Shown one piece after another: positions 37,935 to 46,694 of a stretch of DNA of 64,000 bases. The stretch is taken from the NCBI GenBank assembly GCA_963665125.2, contig CAXXUK010000001.1, forward strand, positions 832,001 to 896,000. Direction: 5' to 3'. A program made the position numbers and the translations under genes. The notes under the pieces are model-generated. The model saw only the letters and a program-made list of their open reading frames with translations, searched no databases and was not told the origin of the DNA. The stretch comes from an uncultured Desulfarculus sp. (GTDB lineage: Bacteria; Desulfobacterota; Desulfarculia; Desulfarculales; Desulfarculaceae). Positions within the stretch are counted from its first letter, which is position 1; every line of letters starts with the position of its first letter.

Positions 37935-38988
37935 GGACTTCAGGCCAAACTTCATGGCCACCGGCATCGGATCGTTGCCCCACGGCGACCCGGCCGTGGC
38001 CGTGGCCGACGTGGCCACGCGGCTTACCGAGATGCCTTATTGGCCCCAGTTGCCCAACGTGAGCCCGGTCGAAGACATGAACCTGCAATACACCTCGGCC
38101 CTGGAGCCGCTGGTGCGGGCCGATACGGTTGCGCGCGAGCCCAAGGCCCACCCCGGCATGAGCCGGGAGGAGGCTCTGGCTGGCTTTTATGAAAAGCTCT
38201 TTGGCGGCGAACAGACGCCGTTCGATCTGGACGCCGGGGCCGCGGCCGGTTTCAACGTGTTCATGGAATACGTCGGAAATGCCGGTGGAGACGCGTTCCC
38301 CTGGATCAAGGGCCACGTCACCGGTCCGCTGACCCAAGCAGCCGCCGTCATGGGCGAAAACGGCAAGGCCCTGCTGTATGACGACGAGGCCGCCGAAGCC
38401 ATCGCCAGGGGGCTCGGTGCGGCCGTGGCCGCACAGGTTGTCCAGATGGCCCCACTGGGGCGCAAGGTGATGATGTTCCTGGATGAGCCGTTCCTGTCGG
38501 GATTCGGCAGCGCCTTTACGCCGATCAACCGGGACAAGGTCGTCAGCCTGTTGTCCATGACCATGGAAGAGGCCCGCCAGCGTGGCCCGGAGATGGTCAT
38601 CGGCATCCATTGTTGCGGCAACACCGACTGGGCCATGCTTATCGAGGCCGGGGCCGACGTGATCAATCTGGATTCCGCCGGATTCGGCAAGCACCTGCTG
38701 CTGTACCCCGAGGCCGTGCGCCAACTCCTGGATCGCGGCGGGGCCGTGGCTTGGGGCGCCGTGCCCACCAGCGAATACAAGGGCGACGAGACCGTGGAGG
38801 GCCTATGGGCCGACCTCAAGGCCCTGCTGGTGGAACTGGAAGGCAAGGGCTTTGACCGCAAGCTCCTGGCCGCCCAGGCCCTGGTGACGCCCGCCTGCGG
38901 GTTGGGCTCCCTGGACGAAACAAAGGCCAGGGCCATCCTGGACCTCACTGCCGGTGTCAGCAAGCTGGCTCGTGAGGAGTATAATTAG
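37927..38988 (+). CDS. Core (catalytic-domain-only) cobalamin-independent methionine synthase, MesB-like
   Basis: TGIGSLPH, WPQLP, KGHVTGP, DEP, IHCCGNTDW, TPACGLG; single barrel of 353 aa. Confidence 0.75.
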   Translation: MPKDFRPNFMATGIGSLPHGDPAVAVADVATRLTEMPYWPQLPNVSPVEDMNLQYTSALEPLVRADTVAREPKAHPGMSREEALAGFYEKLFGGEQTPFDLDAGAAAGFNVFMEYVGNAGGDAFPWIKGHVTGPLTQAAAVMGENGKALLYDDEAAEAIARGLGAAVAAQVVQMAPLGRKVMMFLDEPFLSGFGSAFTPINRDKVVSLLSMTMEEARQRGPEMVIGIHCCGNTDWAMLIEAGADVINLDSAGFGKHLLLYPEAVRQLLDRGGAVAWGAVPTSEYKGDETVEGLWADLKALLVELEGKGFDRKLLAAQALVTPACGLGSLDETKARAILDLTAGVSKLAREEYN

Positions 38989-38993
38989 CTGTA

Positions 38994-39094
38994 TTTGGGA
39001 AATTTTTTTTCAAAAAAGTTCCCCAAGCCCCTCAAAAAACATTGCCGGTTATTGTTTTCGGCTTTGCCGCCAAACAATAACCGGTCATTTTTTT
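38994..39094. repeat. Half-unit (two hairpins) of the palindromic element family, copy B
   Basis: G-run/T-run/A-run/C-run hairpin, a CCCCTCAAAAAAC linker, then the CCGGTTATTGTTT..AAACAATAACCGG hairpin shared with copy A. Confidence 0.75.
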
Positions 39095-39113
39095 GGGCAG
39101 GGTAAGCACGGCA

Positions 39114-40474
<1,361 letters not shown>

Positions 40475-40478
<4 letters not shown>

Positions 40479-42004
40479 CCCCGCGCTCCATTGAAGGGCA
40501 GTGACAACACGAATGAGGCCCCGCCCAGATCGGAATTGCCCGCCGTCAGATCACCGCCGTGGGCCCTGGCTATGCGCCGGGCAATGGCCAGGCCCAGGCC
40601 CGAGCCACGTTCCTTGGTGCTGAAAAACGGGTCGAACAGACTCTCCGGCGTGGTCCCCTCCAGGCCTGGTCCGCTGTCGGCCACTTCCAGTTCCAGGCGC
40701 GACTTTGCCTTGCGCAGGCGGAACTCAAGGCGGCCCCGGCCGTTGAGGGCCTCCAAGGCGTTGACCATCAGGTTGAGGATGACCTGACGCATCTGATCCG
40801 GATCTGCCGTGACTCCGGGCAGTTCATCGGGAGCCACCACTGAAATGTCGATGCCTTCGCACCGGGGGTCGTCGTTCATCAGGGCCATCGTGCTTTCAAC
40901 GGACTCAACCAGATCCAGGGGCGCCCGGCGCGGCTCCTTGGGCCGGGCATAATCCAACAGTCCGCTGACAACCCGCTCCAGCCGGTCCACTTCTTCCACG
41001 GCCACGGCCCCATATTGGCCCTGACGGCTGTCCGGCGGATAGCCTTTGGTAATAAACTGCACCAGACCGCGCAGGGCCGAAAGCGGGTTGCGAATCTCGT
41101 GGGCCACCGAGGCGGCCAGTCGGCCAACCGCCGCCATGTGTTGGGATTGGGCCATTTGGCGGCGCAGGCGCATGAGTTCCGAATCCTTGCGCTTGGCGTA
41201 ATAAACCATGGCAGCGGCAGCGGCTCCGGCGGCCGCGAAAATCAGGCAAGCCAGGAACAGGGCCTGATGAAGGTCTTCCGCCGCCGCGGCCTCAAACTGC
41301 TTGGTGTTAAGCTGGATCAAGGCATATGGACGAGCGTCTTCATCTCCGTTTCCCGGCACCAATTCTACGGGACCCATCATCAGGCCCGGACCGCCCCCGC
41401 GTCCCTGTTTTCCACCGCCTGATCCGAGATTTCGCTTTTCAGGCGGCGGGTTTTCGGGCAAGGGGCATGTGGATGCGTCGGGTTCCGGCTTGTTTTGTTG
41501 CAGCCAAGGCGGGCACGCCCACTCGGGCAGGGGCTGATTCCCCCGTCTCAGCGGTCTCAAAGGCTTGAACTGGCGGCCGACCCACAAAGATCCGTGTTCG
41601 AACATCATGATCGGATCGCCGTTTTTTATATGGGGAACCAGATTCTTAGGCACACTGTTTTTGCTGTCTTTGGGCGTTTTGCTGGCCGTGACAAACCAGC
41701 CGTAGGGACCGACCAGGGTCAGGGATTCGACGTGGGGATGGTCAAGCATCTCCTCGACCAGGCTTTGCATCATAACCCGGCGGCCAAAGCCGTGGCGCAT
41801 GCTGGCCCGGGCCGCGCTTTCCAGCGAACGGATGACCAACTCACCCTGGGATGTCAGGGAGTTTGTCATCAACTCGCGGGTTCTGAACAGCCTGTCCTGG
41901 GTCGAGACGGCGAGCACGGCCAGGACAATCAGCAAAACTCCGAATAGAACCAACCAGTTCAATCCGGAGTTGCCTGCCTTGTTTTCCGCCTGAAAATCCT
42001 TCAT
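40475..42004 (-). CDS. zraS: Sensor histidine kinase (ZraS-like)
   Basis: Two TM; AHEIRNPL, NLMVNALEA, DSGPG, FDPFFSTKERGSGLGL. Confidence 0.82.
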
Positions 42005-42016
42005 GCCGCGTTCCTT

Positions 42017-42060
42017 GAAAAAACCGCGCCGGGGCCGTCCCCACGATCGGCCCCGGCCGT
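42017..42060 (-). terminator. Terminator/attenuating hairpin after the zraP-like gene
   Basis: GCCGGGGCCG / CGGCCCCGGC stem with a T-run on the minus strand. Confidence 0.6.
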
Positions 42061-42074
42061 GAAGTTATTCTACA

Positions 42075-42560
42075 TTACTGCCAGCAGTAGCCGCCACCGG
42101 GACCGCCGCCAAATCCGCCCATGCGGCCACCGCGGCCGGAATTGCCCATACCCATTCCGTGACCACCGAAGGATCCGCGACCGCCACACAGACCGGCGCC
42201 GTATCCGCGCAACTGGTTGACATCGTCACCCATGTACTTGACGCGTTCCTTGGCCATCTGGGCCCTAAGGTCGATCATTTCATTGGCCAGGGCGTTGAAC
42301 TTGGCCTTGTCGACCTGGGGCTGGGCCATGACGGTGCGCATTTCAACCTGCTTTTCGGCGATCTTCTTGCGCAGGTCAAGAGTTGCGTTCATGAAGGCCG
42401 CACGGTCCTGCTCGATCTTGGCAATCTGCTCCTGGGTCAATTGAGGGGCATTGGGGCCCTGTCCGCGGCCTGGTCCATAGGGGCCGGCCAAAGCGGTGGA
42501 GGCCAAAAGGGCCATCATGGCCAGGGCGACAACACTTGCAGTCAAAGTCTTTTTGCTCAT
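42075..42560 (-). CDS. zraP: Spy/CpxP/ZraP-family periplasmic protein
   Basis: Signal peptide; LTQEQ motif; Gly/Met-rich tail ending in YCWQ. Confidence 0.8.
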   Translation of the reverse strand: MSKKTLTASVVALAMMALLASTALAGPYGPGRGQGPNAPQLTQEQIAKIEQDRAAFMNATLDLRKKIAEKQVEMRTVMAQPQVDKAKFNALANEMIDLRAQMAKERVKYMGDDVNQLRGYGAGLCGGRGSFGGHGMGMGNSGRGGRMGGFGGGPGGGYCWQ

Positions 42561-42609
42561 TTTTTTGCTCCTTTATATGAGTAGCGTTTGTTTTCTGGCC
42601 CTTATATAA

Positions 42610-42625
42610 AGCACAGGCCGTGCCA
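42610..42625 (-). promoter_or_regulatory. Sigma54 (-24/-12) promoter of the zraP-like gene
   Basis: Minus strand TGGCACGGCCTGTGCT fits TGGCACG-N4-TTGCW with one mismatch; a sigma54 activator gene is adjacent. Confidence 0.8.
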
Positions 42626-42768
42626 ATTGGAGCCTTATTGTTAAATAGGTATTAATTACAGTTTGTTAGCTTTATTTTATTCTGTGCGGATCAATGGTCC
42701 GGGTCGGAGTCGGTGCATAATTTTTTTTCAGCCGATTGAAACCGCGAAACATTTTTTCGCAGATGGAT

Positions 42769-43908
42769 CTATTCAAGCAATTCAATGGGATGACACACCT
42801 TTTTCCCGGGCGGCAATCCCCTGCGCCATTGGATGAAACAGCCGCTGCAAGTGGTCGCCAACATGTCGGCCCCGCTTTGGACCATCTCCCGCAGCCTAGG
42901 CCCGAATATCTCCCGGCTGAATTCCACGTTGGCCGGGGCGAAAAGGCCGCCTCCGCCGCAGCATTGGTCGGCGCCCGGCGCATCGACCATGGTCACGCCG
43001 GCGGCCTTAAGCATTTGCCTTGGGTTTTCAGCCCCACCCAGGCCGATGGCCTGGTGGCAAGGCGTGTGCAGCAGCACTGCCTCCCGAACGGCCGAAGCGA
43101 GGCCGCCGGGCTCTTCGGACAACACCTGGCAGATCTCCCGCACGGGCGGCAATGATAAATCCTGCAGGGCATAGGCACAGGAACTGCACGCCGTCACCAC
43201 CATGTCCGCTTCGGTTCGCAGCAGGGCGTCCTGGTTGCGCCGGTTCAACGTGGCGACAGTGTCTTGCGCCCCGGCCGAGCGGGCCATCAACCCGCAGCAG
43301 CCCTGATCCGGCGGCACGACGACCGTATAACGACGGGCAAGCATATCGACGGCCTTTTGGGCCAGTTCGGGGCGCAGATAATTGGCCAGGCAGCCCACGA
43401 AAAAGGCCACCCTTGGCGCATTGGCCGGGCCCTGAATAATTTCAGGCGTTTGATGCAGAAAAGGTCGTTTGGCCGGTTTGGGCAACTGGTTTAGGCCTTC
43501 CAACTCGGCCAGGCGCAGCAAGAGGCCGCTTTCGCCGGGCAGGGCCATCCGCAGGGCCTTCATCAAGGCATCCAGGCGCTCAGGTTTGGAAAAGGCCGCG
43601 TCCACGATCTTCCGCTGGATGCTGCGGCCTGCCAGAACCCTGGCTTGCTCCTGGGCCTTGCGGGCGTCCACCTGGTTCGGGCAGGCCTGGGTGCATCGGC
43701 CGCAGAGCAGGCAGGCCGAAAGCAGTTGCTTTACCGCCGCATCCGCCTGCAACTGGTCTTTGGCCAGGGCCCCGGCCACTCGGAGTTTGGCCCTGGCGCT
43801 GGTTTCCTCCCGGCGGGTGGCGCGGTAAACAGGGCAAACCGCCTGGCAGGCTCCGCAACTGCTGCAAGCCTCAACAGCCTGGATGATTTCATCCCTGACT
43901 CCGGCCAT
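42769..43908 (-). CDS. glcF: GlcF-like Fe-S/CCG-domain subunit of a 2-hydroxyacid dehydrogenase
   Basis: CSSCGACQAVCP, CLLCGRCTQACP, two CCG domains. Confidence 0.8.
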   Translation of the reverse strand: MAGVRDEIIQAVEACSSCGACQAVCPVYRATRREETSARAKLRVAGALAKDQLQADAAVKQLLSACLLCGRCTQACPNQVDARKAQEQARVLAGRSIQRKIVDAAFSKPERLDALMKALRMALPGESGLLLRLAELEGLNQLPKPAKRPFLHQTPEIIQGPANAPRVAFFVGCLANYLRPELAQKAVDMLARRYTVVVPPDQGCCGLMARSAGAQDTVATLNRRNQDALLRTEADMVVTACSSCAYALQDLSLPPVREICQVLSEEPGGLASAVREAVLLHTPCHQAIGLGGAENPRQMLKAAGVTMVDAPGADQCCGGGGLFAPANVEFSREIFGPRLREMVQSGADMLATTCSGCFIQWRRGLPPGKKVCHPIELLE

Positions 43909-45302
43909 CAGTTCCCCAGGACTTCCAGCGGTGGTATGGCCTTATGGGGGTTGAGCACGCCCGCAGGATCAAAGACCTTCTTAATGCCGTGCATCAATTC
44001 CAGGGCCGCCGGATCGATCTCCGCGCCGCTGGCCCCCAGCTTGGCCACGCCAACGCCGTGCTCGCCGCTTAGGGTGCCGCCAAGGGCCAGGGTGTTGGCA
44101 AAGACATCGCTGACCGCCTTGTGGGCGTTGGCCACGCTGAACTCTTCGGCGGGGTCGTACATCACGTTTACGTGCAGGTTGCCGTCTCCGGCGTGGCCAA
44201 AGGTGACGATAAGCACTTCGCGCTCGGCGGCGATGGCCTGCACCCTACGGGTCATTTCGGCCATTTTGCCCAAGGGCACCACGATATCCTCGTTGAATTT
44301 GCCTTTGGCCAGCCGCTTCATGGCTGGTCCCATGGCCTTGCGGGCTCGCCAGATAGTCTGGCTGTCCTGGCCGCCAAAGGCCAGCCGCACGTCCCGGCCC
44401 TTGGTTTGGCGCAAGGTCTCCTGGAGCTCTGCGCCTTGCCGCCGGACAACCTCGGGCGGGCCGTCTATCTCCACCAGAACCATGGCCTGGGTGACCGGTG
44501 CGACCTCCAGCCCGCCATAGCTTTGCACCGCCTGCAAACTGGCCGCGTCCATGAACTCCAGGGCCACCGGACGGATGCCGCCGGCCAGCACCGCCGCGAT
44601 GGCCTCGGCCGCGTGGTCCAGGTCCTCGAATACGGCGCTGAGGGTGGCCGTGGCTTCGGGCAGGGGCAACAGGCGCAGGGTAAGCTCGGTGATTACCGCC
44701 AGGGTGCCTTCGCTGCCCACCAAAAGCCGGGTTAGGTCATAGCCGACAACGCCCTTCATGGTGGCCGAACCGGTGCGCATGACCTTGCCCGAGGGCAAGA
44801 CGGCCTCCAGGGCCAGGATGTAGTCCCGGGTCACGCCATACTTGACGGCCCGCAGGCCGCCCGCGTTTTCCGCGGCATTGCCGCCGATGGTGCAAAATTC
44901 CACGCTGGCTGGGTCGGGCGGATAAAACAGGCCCTTTTGGGCGGCCGCCCTTTGCAGATCGGCCGTGACCACGCCGGGCTGCACCACTGCGGTCTGGTCG
45001 GCCCGGCTGATGCGGATGATCCGGTCCATCCCGGCCATGTCCAGGATCACGCCTCCGGCCAGGGCCAGGGCTCCGCCGCTCTGGCCGCTGCCCGCGCCCC
45101 TGGGCACCACGGGCACGCCAAATGCGCTGCACGCCGCCAGGACCCTGGCGATCTGCCCTGCGTCGGTGGCCCGCACAACGGCCTCGGGCGGATGCATCCG
45201 GCCCGTGCCGTCGCTGGCGTGGGCCAGCCTGGCTCCGAGCCAATCGCTGAAATTGTGTTTTCCGGCGGCCTGAATCAGGGCTCGCCTGGCATTGTCATCC
45301 AT
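43908..45302 (-). CDS. glcD: GlcD-like FAD-linked oxidase (glycolate/D-lactate dehydrogenase)
   Basis: PRGAGSG, YPPDPAS..TIGGN, KYGVTRDY, GSEGTL, GHAGDGNLH, SGEHGVG. Confidence 0.87.
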   Translation of the reverse strand: MDDNARRALIQAAGKHNFSDWLGARLAHASDGTGRMHPPEAVVRATDAGQIARVLAACSAFGVPVVPRGAGSGQSGGALALAGGVILDMAGMDRIIRISRADQTAVVQPGVVTADLQRAAAQKGLFYPPDPASVEFCTIGGNAAENAGGLRAVKYGVTRDYILALEAVLPSGKVMRTGSATMKGVVGYDLTRLLVGSEGTLAVITELTLRLLPLPEATATLSAVFEDLDHAAEAIAAVLAGGIRPVALEFMDAASLQAVQSYGGLEVAPVTQAMVLVEIDGPPEVVRRQGAELQETLRQTKGRDVRLAFGGQDSQTIWRARKAMGPAMKRLAKGKFNEDIVVPLGKMAEMTRRVQAIAAEREVLIVTFGHAGDGNLHVNVMYDPAEEFSVANAHKAVSDVFANTLALGGTLSGEHGVGVAKLGASGAEIDPAALELMHGIKKVFDPAGVLNPHKAIPPLEVLGN

Positions 45303-45417
45303 ATATGAATCGCTCCCGCTGGGCGAATTATAGCAGACGTTAGGCTAAACGATTTTTTTAGGGGAAATCTTTCTGAATATGGTGGTTTTCCCGGATGCGG
45401 CATCCTGCGGGGCGATG

Positions 45418-46644
45418 CTATCGCGTCACTGACACCTGATGCCGGTTTCCGTTGCTGGTGGTGATAAACAGGGTCAGGGCCGAACCAGAGGCAATGGCGT
45501 TGTTGTCCTGGACCAGCAGATCCAGCTTTTCGCCTTCCGGGGCGATGGCCAGATACAGGGGCAGGCCCGCGCCGCCGGCCGGTTTGCCGTGGCGCAGCAC
45601 GTTCATGGGCCAGGCTCCCCCCGCCGTGGCCGTGGACCAGTAACCCGACAGGCGACCAACGGCCCGCAACTCCATGGCCGTGATGATGCCCGCGCCGGGC
45701 CCCAGTTTGAGCTGCAATTGGGCGTCCGGCGAACCGTCGGCCTTGTTCACTCCCCGGCCCACGGTGTCCCGGAACGAGCGGACCTTTACCACCTTGCATT
45801 GTGCCGGAAAACCGGCCGTGGCGGTGGTTGGCGGCGGCGTAACGGGAGTGGGCGCCGGGGTGGCCGTCTGACTTATGGTCGGCCGTGGCGTCGGCTCGTC
45901 AATGGCCTCGATGGTTTCCTTGTCATCCGGGTTTGAGACGGGCGGCGGCGTGGGATAGGCGGGAGTGGGGGCCGCGGTTGGCCGGCCGGTTGATTGGTCC
46001 GCCTGGACGCTGGACCCCGGTTGCGGCTCCACCACGCCGTCGGCCGCCAGGTAGTTGAGCCGTTGCCGCGCCACTTTGGCGGCATAGGAGTTCATGCCCC
46101 GGTCGCTTTGCAGGACCATGGAGTACCATCTGGAAGCTTCCCGCTTGTTGCCAGTGCGCTCCAGGGCCTGGGCATAGCTGAGGCCGTCCGTCATGATTTC
46201 GCTGTCGGTCAGGCGGCGGCCTTTGAACGATTGTTCGTAATACTTGGCGACTTTATCCCAGCGGCCGATTTTTTCATAGGCCAAAACCAGTTCGCGCCTG
46301 GCCTGGGGGGCATGGGGTGAGTCGGGATAGCGCCGCAGGTATTTTTCGAAAAGCTCGGCAATGGCCGTGTAGTCCGGCAGGCCCATGTAGCGTTTAAACA
46401 CCGATGATAATTGCCAATAGGCGTCGTGGGCCTGCGCGGTGTCCGGGCACTGGTCTATGATTTTCTCCAGCAGGCGGCGTTGGACTTGATAATTCTGGGG
46501 GGCTGTGTTGGCCAACTGCTCCAGCAGGTCCAGGGCCTGTTTTTGCTGCTCCGCCTGGGTTGCGGCATGAGCCTGCCCCAGGCCGGCAAATATCAAAAAC
46601 AGGATTATTGATAGCTTGGCCGCGAAACGAATCATGGAATCCAT
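45418..46644 (-). CDS. Exported TPR protein with a Pro/Thr linker and an unassigned ~125-aa C-terminal domain
   Basis: Signal peptide (AHA); TPR-like helices (YLRRYPDSPHA); C-terminal domain similar to that of 46695..49670. Confidence 0.8.
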   Translation of the reverse strand: MDSMIRFAAKLSIILFLIFAGLGQAHAATQAEQQKQALDLLEQLANTAPQNYQVQRRLLEKIIDQCPDTAQAHDAYWQLSSVFKRYMGLPDYTAIAELFEKYLRRYPDSPHAPQARRELVLAYEKIGRWDKVAKYYEQSFKGRRLTDSEIMTDGLSYAQALERTGNKREASRWYSMVLQSDRGMNSYAAKVARQRLNYLAADGVVEPQPGSSVQADQSTGRPTAAPTPAYPTPPPVSNPDDKETIEAIDEPTPRPTISQTATPAPTPVTPPPTTATAGFPAQCKVVKVRSFRDTVGRGVNKADGSPDAQLQLKLGPGAGIITAMELRAVGRLSGYWSTATAGGAWPMNVLRHGKPAGGAGLPLYLAIAPEGEKLDLLVQDNNAIASGSALTLFITTSNGNRHQVSVTR

Positions 46645-46694
46645 GGTCTCAGGCCCGCACCGGAGGGTGGTTGCCTTCCGGTGCGGGCAAGTGG

